From IMG/VR virus record IMGVR_UViG_3300005096_000103, positions 32,001 to 96,000 of that record: DNA of 64,000 nucleotides; one strand, written 5' to 3'. This document shows positions 18,483 through 29,147 of the stretch, piece by piece. The number at the start of each line of letters is the position of its first letter. Position 1 is the stretch's first letter. The notes beneath the pieces are model-generated. The model was not told the DNA's origin and searched no databases. It saw nothing but the letters and a program-made list of their open reading frames with translations. The stretch comes from a virus. A program made the translations under genes and the position numbers.

Positions 18483-19331
18483 ATGGCAACGAAGAAAAGC
18501 AAAGAAGCCGAGACAGATATCACTGGGACAGATATCGCTGTAGCAGCGACGTCTGTTAACGGTATTATCAACGTCTATAGTCTAGACCTCTCACAGGACC
18601 ATATAGAGAATCTGCAAGAGCTCTTAGGGATGATCAGCGGTGAAGCTGATGGTCTTGAGACAGACGACGACTACGTGTACAGGCCTCCTTACGTCTACCT
18701 CGTCCAGGCTATGACGAATGAGGATCGTAGAGGTGAGGCAAAGAATGGGGAGATGGTAGCAGAGGGTGAGGTCATCTCTAAGCTAGGAGAGGAACTCAAA
18801 CTGTACCCGCTGATGGCGTGGGTACAGAGAATGCACATGGAGGACAGTGAAGTTGTTTGCTCATCTCGCGATGGGAAATACAATCGCGAGGGCGAGGAGT
18901 GCGCGAGGTGCTCAGACAACAAATGGATTGAGCGTACACCGCCTAAGTGCACCAAACAACACGTGATCCTATTCCTCGCAGGGGATATGCGCGAAGTATA
19001 CCAGATCTCTTTCCAGAAAACGTCGTCTAAGGCTGGCGAACAGATCTTGAAAGCTATCCGCAGATCTAGAGGTGTGGGCCAGTGCGTAATCCTACTAGGA
19101 CGTACGCAGATGACCAACAAGCGAGGAGAGAAGTACTACGTTTATAAGGTTAAGCGTGGGACTGAACCTATGACCGCCGGTGAAGTAGCGGTCTGTAAAG
19201 GTCTGTCGAAGAGGTTCACAGAAGATCGGCGGAAAGTCTTGATCGCTGCGGAGTCTTCCAGATCTCAGCTCGGAGAGGGTACGGTAGATATTACACCCTC
19301 GACTCCTGATACAGATGATGTCGCTATGTAG
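18483..19331 (+). CDS. Probable single-stranded DNA-binding protein
   Basis: 282 aa, beta-rich with four Cys and an acidic tail (DITPSTPDTDDVAM), in the replication cluster. Family assignment is inference. Confidence 0.5.
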   Translation: MATKKSKEAETDITGTDIAVAATSVNGIINVYSLDLSQDHIENLQELLGMISGEADGLETDDDYVYRPPYVYLVQAMTNEDRRGEAKNGEMVAEGEVISKLGEELKLYPLMAWVQRMHMEDSEVVCSSRDGKYNREGEECARCSDNKWIERTPPKCTKQHVILFLAGDMREVYQISFQKTSSKAGEQILKAIRRSRGVGQCVILLGRTQMTNKRGEKYYVYKVKRGTEPMTAGEVAVCKGLSKRFTEDRRKVLIAAESSRSQLGEGTVDITPSTPDTDDVAM

Positions 19332-19354
19332 CCTGACGTCGCTATGTAACTGAC
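19320..19354 (+). repeat. Tandem duplication spanning a stop codon
   Basis: GTCGCTATGTAGCCTGAC followed by GTCGCTATGTAACTGAC. Confidence 0.85.
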
Positions 19355-19378
19355 ACCATTACATAAAAGCTGTATACT
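19350..19378 (+). promoter_or_regulatory. Sigma70-like promoter candidate
   Basis: CTGACA, 17-nt spacer, TATACT, upstream of the nuclease-primase-polymerase genes. Confidence 0.55.
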
Positions 19379-19419
19379 GAGGGGCGTGGTACAATTAGTT
19401 TAATTGTGCTGAGCCCCTC
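19379..19419. promoter_or_regulatory. Inverted repeat (operator, 5' stem-loop or terminator)
   Basis: GAGGGGC...GCCCCTC outer stem enclosing GTACAATTA-GTT-TAATTGTGC. Confidence 0.55.
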
Positions 19420-19455
19420 CGCTATATTTTAGCTTAACTCTCCAGAGGATATGAG

Positions 19456-20316
19456 ATGCCCACCAAGCCAAACAATACGGTACCCCTCGTAGCCTCTGCA
19501 GAGGGTATCATCTGGTCACACTCAAAACTTAACACAGCAATCGACTGCTCACATAAGTATTACAACCTCTACCCGCCCCTTGGATTCCAGAAGGCTACTA
19601 CGTATCGAGTAAGCATTGGAGACGGTAGAGTTGGATCTGTTGTACACGATGTACTCGCTACAAAGATATCTGGGAAGAGTCGTAACAGTACTACTGAAGA
19701 ACTCATTAGACGCTCAGGTGTTAAACATGACATCACATTCCCTGAGCTACTAAGGTCCCTTGAATTCTTAGGTAATATCGATAAGTTCGTTGAAGACAAC
19801 AATGAATGGGTAGAGAGGATGGGTGCAAAGCTCATAAGCCGTGTAGCTGAGCAGAAGCTCGCGATAACAAAAAACTTCAAGCTCGCAAAGTATTGGCCTA
19901 GAAGAGGTCAAGTCACGCCCTGGATGCGAGGGTGTGTTGATTTGCTAGCACACGTAAAGACAGACTCAGGTAGCGAAGTGCTTGTCATCCTCGATCATAA
20001 GACTGGACCTCCTGAGATGACAACTGCAGTATTCGAAGAACAGTTTAGGGTATACGCTGTGTTAGCGACGGTTCTGTATCCTAAGGTAAGTACAGTACTG
20101 GCTCAGCTACACTTCCCTAAAACAGGTGAGGTTATTAAAAGAGAGTCAACAGTATCTAGGGAACAGATACTCGATGAGTTTAGACCCTGGCTCATGGATA
20201 AGGTTTCCAGAGCACTAGACAATATAAAAGATGGGAGGAAAGCTGTGAGAGGTCCGTACTGCAAGTACTGTAACTATCAAGCTAAGTGCCCTGCGATGAA
20301 TACCCTTCCTACTTAA
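19456..20316 (+). CDS. Second PD-(D/E)XK nuclease, RecB/Cas4-like
   Basis: WSHSKL..C, GSVVHDVL, RGCVDLL, DHKTG, QFRVYA, and CKYCNYQAKC. Confidence 0.85.
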   Translation: MPTKPNNTVPLVASAEGIIWSHSKLNTAIDCSHKYYNLYPPLGFQKATTYRVSIGDGRVGSVVHDVLATKISGKSRNSTTEELIRRSGVKHDITFPELLRSLEFLGNIDKFVEDNNEWVERMGAKLISRVAEQKLAITKNFKLAKYWPRRGQVTPWMRGCVDLLAHVKTDSGSEVLVILDHKTGPPEMTTAVFEEQFRVYAVLATVLYPKVSTVLAQLHFPKTGEVIKRESTVSREQILDEFRPWLMDKVSRALDNIKDGRKAVRGPYCKYCNYQAKCPAMNTLPT

Positions 20317-20338
20317 ATATGTACTAAACGAGGGTACT

Positions 20339-23300
20339 ATGTCTCAAGGGAAACCTATACAGTGTAATCGCCAGTTGTGGACTGGTGTAGCTAACTCAGG
20401 GTTCAAAGCGATACTAGACGCCCTAAACCTTATAAAGCCTGACAACAAATGGAGCGTTAAGCGGGGTCACATACTCGGTAGGTGTGTTAACCCTGATCAT
20501 CTAGACATCAACCCCTCTATGGCGTTCTCACCAACCCGAGGTTTTGTTAAGTGTTTCAGCTGTGGATACGCGGAAGCTTCGCTGTCAGACTTCTTCAAAG
20601 ATCTTACACGCGATAAGGCTGCGTTCCCTGAGTTCATCACAGGGTTAGGGATCCGACTATCGAATAGGTATCGTAACAGCCTATTCGAGAATCATGAGCT
20701 TAAGGTTATACGTAGTACAGTGGGAAGGGCCATGAACTTCCTACTACAAGACGCACTGATAAACTATTATGATGAAGAGTACGCCTACTGCCGTAGAGCA
20801 ATAGAACTCATAATCTCAAGGCGTATCCCTGCTAACCTCTCTGTTCTATCAGGGTTGTCGCTAGGTATATTCCCAAACAAATACCACCTATTCAAGTACC
20901 TAACTGAGGGTACCGGGATATGGTCTCCTGATAACGAAGGTCAGAAGTACAGTTTTGATAGAGTACTAGAACTCTTAGGAGGGACACAACACTTCTCCTC
21001 TGACCCCGGTTATGTGTCGCCTCATACAGGCTGGGTTGCGTTTCCTTACTACGTAGACTTCAGGACTATCGGTGGATTTAAACTACGAAACCCTACAGAG
21101 AAACAATTCTCGTGGGTTGGGCATATAGATCCTACAGTCCCTCAGCCTGTCGAAGGAGCTGTTGACGTAAAATCACCTAGAGGTCTATACGGACTTAACC
21201 AGTGTGGTCGCGTACTACAGTTCGCAAAAGAAGGCGCAGTATCCAGCTCCGAAATCCATGACAACCGCGTGTACATTAAAGAAGGGGAGTTTGATGTAAT
21301 CTCCTGTCAGATCGCACAAGCCCGAGAGTTCGGGGCGTCCTACAACTCTAGAGCCTTCGTAGGTGCGTCGGGCGGTGGGCTTGACTCAAGTCTAGACTAC
21401 CTGAAAGACTGTGGGATTAAGTATGTATCAGTCTTAGGAGACTACGACCACGGTGGTGAAGAGTTCGTAACACACGTTCTCGAAGCTACATCAATCCCCG
21501 CAGTAGTATTTGACTGGACAGCTACTGAGTCTCTCAAAGACTTATTAGCTAAAGGCGTTGACACCAAGGGGTTAGATCCAGATACCGTAGTCACAAATGG
21601 TCTAGGTTCGATGTTCCTTAGAGACATTGGCAATCCTAACTGTTGGAAATCTCCAGTAGATTGGTTCCTAGACTCTACGAGTGCCTTACGGAAGCGACTT
21701 AGAGATACCCGAGTCTCAGGTGAGAGTGATCGTGAAATAGATATTAAGGCTATAGACGCGTATGCCGGTGCGCTAACTCAGCTACAAGACTCAGAACGCC
21801 AAGAGATATTCACAAGTCTTAAGGCAGAAGAGTACGCGACAGCTGCAGTCTCACGAGCTTTTGTTCACGGTCGTGATGATGACGAGGCTATCATTAGGAT
21901 GCTAGAGTTCGCCATGGGGGAACACCTTAAGCCGCTGATGCGCGAGGGTGGCATATACTACTTCTGTAAGCTTACTGACACAGAAATAGTTGAACTTGAG
22001 CCTTCTAAGCCCGCGACGCATGTTGCTAACTCTATAGAACTAGTACTAGCGAATATTACAGGGTGTCACCTTGTAGAATGGGCTAGACAGCTTGAGTTAC
22101 CTAAACGTGTGTTCTTCAAGGAGAAGAAACTTAAAGATGTTACGATATATCAAGACCGCAGCCTCCTTGAGATAAGGAAAAGTCTCGACTCGTATGTGAA
22201 GAGTGCAGTAATACACATGTGTAAGTCGAGTACATGCCCACCTGTCTTCAACCTAGACCAGAATGGTGCAGGATTCTATTACTATGGCTGGAAGAACACA
22301 TCGGCAGATAGTAGTAAGCATGTCTACATTGTAAACGGGAGGAGTGTCTATAAAGGTGCGTTCCCTCTAACCACGCATCCTCCTGCTACTCCAGACCAAA
22401 AAGACCCCTACGCCTACACAAATAACACAACAGGAGTATCTGACCCTCTAGTTAAAACTGTTACGTACACTAAAATGAATATACCTACAGAGAATGGGGT
22501 GCTATTCAATATCGAGGGACGTCAGTGGTCTGACCTTGATATAGATTCGCTCAATACACGGTATGAAGCACTAACTCCCCGTGAGCTATTTGACCAGCTA
22601 GTAAACATCTTAAATATAGGCTGGTCATTCATACCTGAGAAAGATCTCAAGCTCAACGATCGTATAAACCAAGATCTAACGTGTAGATATCTAGCCGCAT
22701 GGATTATGTCATCAGCAGTACTGACATTGTTCGAGACACGGAACCAAACATATATAACCGCTGAACCCTCGTCAGGTAAGACGACCTTACTCGAATCCCT
22801 GATCTCCGCTAAAGGCGAACTTGCCTTACTCGACTCTTCGGAGTTCTACTCTGAATACACTGTAGCCGCAGTACTACAAGGTGTAACTAATCGGGCAGTC
22901 CCCCTGCTCTTAGACGAATTCGAGGCAGCTACGGTAGGTAACAAAACTAGAGGCGTAGTAGCACGCGCCCTACTAGAAGCATTCCGAGCAAACTATAAAG
23001 GTGAAGTGACCTCAGTTCGAGGTACGAAGGAACAGAAGCAACGTAAACGTAGTTTCAGTGCGTCATGTCTGTTCGCAGGAATCAATCCACCATTCGCTGA
23101 TTCAGCGGATAGATCTAGGTGGATAATCTTGAACCTTGTTAGGGAAGCTGGGCGGGCAGGCCCAATAGATCTTGTTCGAGACGTCTATTCTAAAGAAGAC
23201 ATCACGACAATAAAGCAAGGGCTGAACAATATGCTACCCCAGCGGGCGCATGAGATTCTAGAAGCGTATAGATGGTGTAAGCGTCACAAGACGGTATTTC

Positions 23301-24034
23301 ATACACCCTCTGACTGCGCGTCTAGAGATAGGTTCACTAGTCTGATGTTGCCTATCTACTCTATATTGAGATGGGTAGGACAAGACGTTAAAGAATTCTC
23401 TAGATTGTTCGCGCTTATACAGGAGGCTACGACTACCTCAAACGTTGCACAGGAAGATTTCAAGAGTTTGATATTCACTACGCCTTGTAAAGCTCTACAG
23501 CCTAGACCACAGGAGGATAGTACACACCCTAACTGGATTGCTGCGCATCTTAGAGACTCTGACGGTAGATACAAACTCAACGAGTCATATATGGGAGCTT
23601 ACTACTACGATGTTTATAGTGTAGTAGTTCTTTACCTACCGCACATCCGTATTAGAGTACTCAAAGAGTCTGAGTTCATTATCTCTGCCTCGCTCACTAA
23701 TACTGTCCTGTTGCGTAAACTCAGGGAGCAGGGAGCTTGGCAGTATAACAGATCACAGGCTAGCGGGATATGTCCTTGGCTAGAAGAACAGATAAGCCTA
23801 GGTGTTAACCCAGAGGATTTCGCAGTATTCGATATGCACGAGATACTCGGAGACTCCTGGAGACCTAAATCGGTAGATTATATAGGAAAGCCTAGAGCCG
23901 TCATAGAGGTATCAGCTACGCCCCCTGCACGCAAAGTTAGTAAAGGACCTCTTAAACGCGGTAGGCCCTCAAGAAAGACAACAAAAGAGGATGCGATAGC
24001 TAAGCTTAATCAAATTGATAATTGGGAGATATAA
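20339..24034 (+). CDS. DNA primase-helicase (CHC2-type Zn finger, TOPRIM, C-terminal P-loop ATPase)
   Basis: RCVNPDH...KCFSCG; IKEGEFD and GDYD TOPRIM motifs; AEPSSGKTT Walker A; LLLDEFE Walker B. Confidence 0.8.
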   Translation: MSQGKPIQCNRQLWTGVANSGFKAILDALNLIKPDNKWSVKRGHILGRCVNPDHLDINPSMAFSPTRGFVKCFSCGYAEASLSDFFKDLTRDKAAFPEFITGLGIRLSNRYRNSLFENHELKVIRSTVGRAMNFLLQDALINYYDEEYAYCRRAIELIISRRIPANLSVLSGLSLGIFPNKYHLFKYLTEGTGIWSPDNEGQKYSFDRVLELLGGTQHFSSDPGYVSPHTGWVAFPYYVDFRTIGGFKLRNPTEKQFSWVGHIDPTVPQPVEGAVDVKSPRGLYGLNQCGRVLQFAKEGAVSSSEIHDNRVYIKEGEFDVISCQIAQAREFGASYNSRAFVGASGGGLDSSLDYLKDCGIKYVSVLGDYDHGGEEFVTHVLEATSIPAVVFDWTATESLKDLLAKGVDTKGLDPDTVVTNGLGSMFLRDIGNPNCWKSPVDWFLDSTSALRKRLRDTRVSGESDREIDIKAIDAYAGALTQLQDSERQEIFTSLKAEEYATAAVSRAFVHGRDDDEAIIRMLEFAMGEHLKPLMREGGIYYFCKLTDTEIVELEPSKPATHVANSIELVLANITGCHLVEWARQLELPKRVFFKEKKLKDVTIYQDRSLLEIRKSLDSYVKSAVIHMCKSSTCPPVFNLDQNGAGFYYYGWKNTSADSSKHVYIVNGRSVYKGAFPLTTHPPATPDQKDPYAYTNNTTGVSDPLVKTVTYTKMNIPTENGVLFNIEGRQWSDLDIDSLNTRYEALTPRELFDQLVNILNIGWSFIPEKDLKLNDRINQDLTCRYLAAWIMSSAVLTLFETRNQTYITAEPSSGKTTLLESLISAKGELALLDSSEFYSEYTVAAVLQGVTNRAVPLLLDEFEAATVGNKTRGVVARALLEAFRANYKGEVTSVRGTKEQKQRKRSFSASCLFAGINPPFADSADRSRWIILNLVREAGRAGPIDLVRDVYSKEDITTIKQGLNNMLPQRAHEILEAYRWCKRHKTVFHTPSDCASRDRFTSLMLPIYSILRWVGQDVKEFSRLFALIQEATTTSNVAQEDFKSLIFTTPCKALQPRPQEDSTHPNWIAAHLRDSDGRYKLNESYMGAYYYDVYSVVVLYLPHIRIRVLKESEFIISASLTNTVLLRKLREQGAWQYNRSQASGICPWLEEQISLGVNPEDFAVFDMHEILGDSWRPKSVDYIGKPRAVIEVSATPPARKVSKGPLKRGRPSRKTTKEDAIAKLNQIDNWEI

Positions 24035-24035
24035 A

Positions 24036-27000
24036 ATGAAGTACTCATGGTATCTCAAAGAGAAGCCGACTAGCTGTAGTGGGTGCAACTACGAAGATAA
24101 GAACTGCACACTCAAGTGCAAAGCTGCAGATTTCAATGCAACTTATAATCTCATCTTCCTCTTTGAGATGCCTGAGCCCGCAGCAGCAGCTAAGGGGACG
24201 CTATGGGGTCCAGAGATCCGCAGTGTGTGTAACAAGGTAGTTGAAGTAATCAAGACGAGAACAGGAACTACTCCGGAGTATTCGCTGTTATACAGCGTAT
24301 GCGCACACACTAGGTCAATACCGAAGAGTGCAGATATCGAGAAGTGCAGTAGCATACTCCTGAGGAGGATAGCTGACCTGTCTGCGCCAGAAGGCTCACG
24401 TGAACCTAGAGCGAAGAACATCATCCTAGCGTTCGGTAAAGGTGCGTTAAAGAGTCTAGGGGTTAAGTTCTCGAAGTATAAGGCAGTGAGGGGGAGTAGA
24501 ACACATACAAAGATAGGTAACACTCACTGGGACGTGGTTCCAACGCTGTCTATGCGTGAGCTATATGTTAAGCCGAGCCTTACGAATGTAATACTCGAAG
24601 ACGCAATGACGATGTGGAAAGTCTTAGCTCAAGATTTTAAGCCCGATAAACTCGACAACATAGCGAAGGAGTATATTTACCCTACAAGTATCTCAGAGGT
24701 GAAAGATCTCGTAGACCACATTATAAATTATAATGGTGTGGGTGATACTAAAGGTCGAGACCCTTCAGCTTGGCCAATATCTCTAGATATTGAGACTACA
24801 GGTCTAAACCCTCGTAAGCCTGGGATGAAGACCCTCTGTATCTCTGCGGCCTGGGATGACTACAAAGCTTGTGCTATCCCCTACATGCACAAAGACAGTA
24901 CATTAGACCCTGCTCTCGTACTCCCGCACCTTAAAAGACTACTCACTTGTGACAAGCGAACCATCTGGCACGGCGGGACATTTGACTACCAGTGGCTCCG
25001 CGCTGTAGATGGCATCGAAGTTAACAACGTCTGGTGGGATACTCAGAACGCAGAGCATTACCTCCGGGAGAATAACCAGGGGTTCTATGGTCTAAAGGAT
25101 TTAGCTAAGGTTTACTACAGGCGTTACACAGGGTACGAGGGTGAACTTAAGACTAAGATAGCTGACTCTCTTAAGGATATAGAAGTCAGAAAACGCCTCA
25201 ATCGCGCTGTGGTTTACGAGAATGCGGACTCAAGGGGTGTGTTCTTCAGCACGAAAGCATTACACGATCTAGAAGACCAGATCGTGGACGCAACTCTCAG
25301 AATATCTTTATTAGAACGTGGGTCTGAGGAACGGGATAGTCTTACAGAGTTTAGAAAGAAGGGTTGGGCGGCGATAAAGAGGGAATACAAGAAGCAGGGG
25401 GAGACTGCTCCTAAGATACCTACCCTTGCTAAAGTAGAGGCCGGTACACCTGAGGATTCTTACCTCTACGAACTAGCGCCGCTATCTTTACTACTCAAAT
25501 ACGCTGCTGTAGATACAGACCTATGTCGACTGATCTGTAAGGAGCAACGTAAAGCTGCGCGCACAGAGTCCGAGCACTCACTACCTGACCTAGATAAAAT
25601 AATGGAGACACTCTATGTACCTGGTGTATATTGTCTCAGTCGTATGCGTGAGCGAGGTCTACCTGTAGACGAACATAAGGCTCGTAGGTTTATAAAAGAA
25701 ATGGGAGTGGCGAGCCTGGAGTACAAAAGTAAGCTCGGGCTTCTTATCTGTGATCCGGACTTCAATGCTAACTCCCCTAAGCAGATATGCGACACTCTAC
25801 ACAATACTTTCGGGTTAGACCTGTCTACACTCCCTAAGACTAAGTCTAACGCACCGTCTACTGACAAACACACAATGAAATACCTGAGTGAGAAGCACGC
25901 TAATAAACCTCTAGGATTCTTCGCTCACTCACTCAGCGCATATAAAGCGGTTAACTCAGCAAAAACTCTTGTGGAGAATACTTTCTTAGGGGGTGACTTC
26001 CCTATCACTGGGAAAATCCACACAACATTCAATATCACAGGGACCAAGACGGCTAGGTTAAGTAGCTCAGGTCCAGCATTTCAAAACATCGCTGATGTTG
26101 CGGCGATAACAACTGTCTTAGATACCAAAGGCTGCGTGATAGGTTCCACAGACGGCTGGGCTATCAAAGACCTAGTAATTTGTGATGATCTAAACTACGT
26201 AATCTATAACCTGGATATCAAGGCAGCTGAGATACGTGCACTGTGCGCCTACATAGCGAAGAGTTACGGTACCTCACCTCTGATTGAGGCTGTAAGAGCT
26301 GGACGAGACATACCCTCCTACGTGTGTACACTGTTATTTGGACGGAAGGTGTGGGATGAGTATAAGCTGCACGCGACATGGGTAGCTGGCTCAGACCCTA
26401 ACGATCCGGATAGTCCAGCAGAACTTAGGTTAGCAGAACATGAACTCCCACGAGGTTTCTATGACGTTGAGACTGTCTACAACTTTGTGAACACTAACAA
26501 ATCTAAGATCAAAGCTGTGAAAGAGTTGAGAGTAGCAGGGAAGCGAGGCTTATACGGTACAATATACGGCGGGAGTGCCTACACTATCGCAAAGACAGTG
26601 TATGGAGTGCTCTCAACACAGAAAGATATACTAAAGATGCAGCTCGACTACGGTCAGGAGATCCAAGATAGGCTGTTCAAGGAGTTTCCTGGTATAAGGA
26701 ACTACGTTGTAAGCACTCTAGCTTTTGTTCGGAAACATAAGTGGGTCAAAAGTCTCTTCGGACGTAGGCGGCGTTTCCCTATGCTGTCCAGAGGGTGTGC
26801 TAAGATTCATAGGAAAGAAGCTGAGCGGGAAGCTATCAACTTCTGTATTCAGTCAACCTCATCTGACTTAGTACTCTCTCTCCTGATTAGTATAGAACGC
26901 GACATAGACAAGATCGGAGGAGATGTACGTCTTTCAGTCCATGACTCCGTAGCAGGGTTTATGCGCAGGGAACGTATGATAGAACTTCGACCCTTCCTAG

Positions 27001-27125
27001 ACGAAAAGATAATTAAGGAGACCCATAGACGCTACCCCTGGCTACCCGTAGATTTTATTTACGACTTAGACGTGGGTCCGTCATACTATAACCTTCAAGA
27101 CTATGACAAATACATCGAGGCATAA
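24036..27125 (+). CDS. polA: Family A DNA polymerase with N-terminal UDG-like domain and 3'-5' exonuclease
   Basis: Exo I LDIETTG, Exo II GTFD, Exo III YAAVD; motif A DIKAAEIR, motif B RVAGKRGLYGTIYG, motif C VHDS; N-terminal CSGC...C...C family-4 UDG-like region. Start moved to 24036 because GGGAG lies upstream. Confidence 0.93.
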   Translation: MKYSWYLKEKPTSCSGCNYEDKNCTLKCKAADFNATYNLIFLFEMPEPAAAAKGTLWGPEIRSVCNKVVEVIKTRTGTTPEYSLLYSVCAHTRSIPKSADIEKCSSILLRRIADLSAPEGSREPRAKNIILAFGKGALKSLGVKFSKYKAVRGSRTHTKIGNTHWDVVPTLSMRELYVKPSLTNVILEDAMTMWKVLAQDFKPDKLDNIAKEYIYPTSISEVKDLVDHIINYNGVGDTKGRDPSAWPISLDIETTGLNPRKPGMKTLCISAAWDDYKACAIPYMHKDSTLDPALVLPHLKRLLTCDKRTIWHGGTFDYQWLRAVDGIEVNNVWWDTQNAEHYLRENNQGFYGLKDLAKVYYRRYTGYEGELKTKIADSLKDIEVRKRLNRAVVYENADSRGVFFSTKALHDLEDQIVDATLRISLLERGSEERDSLTEFRKKGWAAIKREYKKQGETAPKIPTLAKVEAGTPEDSYLYELAPLSLLLKYAAVDTDLCRLICKEQRKAARTESEHSLPDLDKIMETLYVPGVYCLSRMRERGLPVDEHKARRFIKEMGVASLEYKSKLGLLICDPDFNANSPKQICDTLHNTFGLDLSTLPKTKSNAPSTDKHTMKYLSEKHANKPLGFFAHSLSAYKAVNSAKTLVENTFLGGDFPITGKIHTTFNITGTKTARLSSSGPAFQNIADVAAITTVLDTKGCVIGSTDGWAIKDLVICDDLNYVIYNLDIKAAEIRALCAYIAKSYGTSPLIEAVRAGRDIPSYVCTLLFGRKVWDEYKLHATWVAGSDPNDPDSPAELRLAEHELPRGFYDVETVYNFVNTNKSKIKAVKELRVAGKRGLYGTIYGGSAYTIAKTVYGVLSTQKDILKMQLDYGQEIQDRLFKEFPGIRNYVVSTLAFVRKHKWVKSLFGRRRRFPMLSRGCAKIHRKEAEREAINFCIQSTSSDLVLSLLISIERDIDKIGGDVRLSVHDSVAGFMRRERMIELRPFLDEKIIKETHRRYPWLPVDFIYDLDVGPSYYNLQDYDKYIEA

Positions 27126-27127
27126 CA

Positions 27128-27496
27128 ATGTTATATCGGCTTATCAACAACCGAACAGACCTAGGGCGTATAATCGTCCAGTATATTACCAAAGACCGCG
27201 GTATCTATATAGTAGGAGTAGTTGATACCCGAGGTGCGACACCAGATGACCTAGTCGTACTCGAACATCCATGTTTATTTAAGCGTTACTACGTGCCAGG
27301 GGATGACGGATCTACTGAGAATATGCGGATAGACATATGCCGCCTGATAGTGGGCAGCGACATGCAAGTGTGTCTCCGACAGAGCGAATACCTCGGAGTC
27401 GCGATATTAGACCCTACGAGTGAGAGTTTCTACCAGGAATGGCTTAGAGGACACGTTACAAAAAATACGCCTGTTACTCAAAATACACCGGTGTAG
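27128..27496 (+). CDS. Hypothetical protein
   Basis: 122-aa ORF starting 2 nt after the polA stop. Confidence 0.65.
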   Translation: MLYRLINNRTDLGRIIVQYITKDRGIYIVGVVDTRGATPDDLVVLEHPCLFKRYYVPGDDGSTENMRIDICRLIVGSDMQVCLRQSEYLGVAILDPTSESFYQEWLRGHVTKNTPVTQNTPV

Positions 27497-29118
27497 GGCT
27501 CAAGGTCCTGCTCAGCGGGGGTTCCATAGAGTTTAATCACGCCCATACCTATCCTAGCAGTAATCCAACAAAATATCTGAGCGTGTAGCGCGTCGTCTGG
27601 GGCACCGGGAGACGAGTTCCAGATCTTACGCCCATGTCCCCCACGTGTCACCATCGCAAACACTGAGAGGACGTGGTCAAACACATCTTCGCAGAGATTT
27701 TTGTTTGGGTAATAGATTGCCTGTCTTTTTACCTCAAGGAAGAAGGAGTCTATAGCCGCAGTTCTAGAGACCATAATCCTATCGGGTCCCTGGGTGAAGT
27801 GTTGGAGAGCGCCCGTATACTGGAGCTGGATAACTCTCTCATGACCAAACTTCTCTCTGAGGTAGGAATTAGCATGCGCTCCAACTCCTGCATCAGCCCC
27901 TACCATACGTACTTTATACAGATGGAGCAGTACTACTATCTCTTCTAGGTCACGGTGAGGCTCCCCTGTAGGGTATACCTTAAAAAACAGCGTAACGAAG
28001 TGTTTGTAACCAGGGGCTACTCCAAATATCCACAGAACCGTATGACTCTTTGACGCAAACCCTCCACCTGACCAATCGATTCCTGCGTAGACCTCAAGCT
28101 CTCCAGCTTCGTTTTCGGTGACGTTATTAAATATCCCAGGAGGTGGCTCTCCTAATCCTTGCAATATCATATAGTCTCTACACTGCCTCTCAAGGTCTGA
28201 GCGCTCAATGAAGCGTGAGCCTTTAGCAGCTGGGACACCTAAGACTTCATTTAAGACACTGATATCATCATAGCTGTCTAGCTTATGCCTAAGGATTCTC
28301 CATTCACGTGGTATCTCATTATTCTTCGGGAGCATTAACTGAGATACGTGATACCCCCATAGCTTGTCATCGTCATCCTGACCTTCTATGAGATTCTGTG
28401 CGTACCAGAATCCTAAGCGAGGCTCTAGAGACTTACCACACTTCTTACATATTGGACCTTTGAGCCCGACGTTAGCTACAGAGTTTAGAACGTTGTGTTT
28501 ACTGCAACCTGTACACTTAATAAGCCAGATACACTGTGTACTCTGGCTCCAGAGCCAATTGACTGGATTCTCCAGAGTCTTGTGTGTCCCCGCGTAGTAT
28601 TCTTTCTTGTAAGGAGACATCGCCATAGTCTCGTTAACAACAGGGACCACGAGCTTATAGATGATATCCTGCATCTCATCGTACTTTATAGAATCAGTCG
28701 AGTAACCACGTATCCTATCTGGGTCATCGTATGTGTAGGTAAAATAGTTCTCGCTCCCATTTTTGTAGTACTTATCCCATACACTAGGCTGGATTATTCT
28801 AGTGATATCTTTGATACCAGGGGAGTGTTCATAGAGTTTCTGGAGTCTAGACTTAGAAAACAGCTTCGTTTGTTTACGAGATGGGGATACGTACATCGTT
28901 TTGAAGTGTGCAATAAGAACGCTGTCGAGTAACATGTCAACAGCACCAGTGACAGACTTGAAAACCTGTCTAGCTGTGCACATCAGTAGTCTACGGTGTC
29001 CTCTGTCGAGTATGTCGTAATAAAAAGGTGCCCCGTCGAGTCTATAGGGGTTGCCCTCTAACACAAGTAAGGACTCTGCCATCTCACTTCTGGTAGCGTC
29101 TACAACTATCTCACGCAA
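27478..29118 (-). CDS. terL: Terminase large subunit, lambda gpA-like
   Basis: ARQVFKS Walker A variant, YDEMQD Walker B, AGTHKT motif III, CTGC...CKKC Zn pair, nuclease GIDW and PDDALHA. Confidence 0.88.
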   Translation of the reverse strand: MREIVVDATRSEMAESLLVLEGNPYRLDGAPFYYDILDRGHRRLLMCTARQVFKSVTGAVDMLLDSVLIAHFKTMYVSPSRKQTKLFSKSRLQKLYEHSPGIKDITRIIQPSVWDKYYKNGSENYFTYTYDDPDRIRGYSTDSIKYDEMQDIIYKLVVPVVNETMAMSPYKKEYYAGTHKTLENPVNWLWSQSTQCIWLIKCTGCSKHNVLNSVANVGLKGPICKKCGKSLEPRLGFWYAQNLIEGQDDDDKLWGYHVSQLMLPKNNEIPREWRILRHKLDSYDDISVLNEVLGVPAAKGSRFIERSDLERQCRDYMILQGLGEPPPGIFNNVTENEAGELEVYAGIDWSGGGFASKSHTVLWIFGVAPGYKHFVTLFFKVYPTGEPHRDLEEIVVLLHLYKVRMVGADAGVGAHANSYLREKFGHERVIQLQYTGALQHFTQGPDRIMVSRTAAIDSFFLEVKRQAIYYPNKNLCEDVFDHVLSVFAMVTRGGHGRKIWNSSPGAPDDALHAQIFCWITARIGMGVIKLYGTPAEQDLEPYTGVF

Positions 29119-29147
29119 TTCTCTACACCTAACAACAAGGTTAAAAC

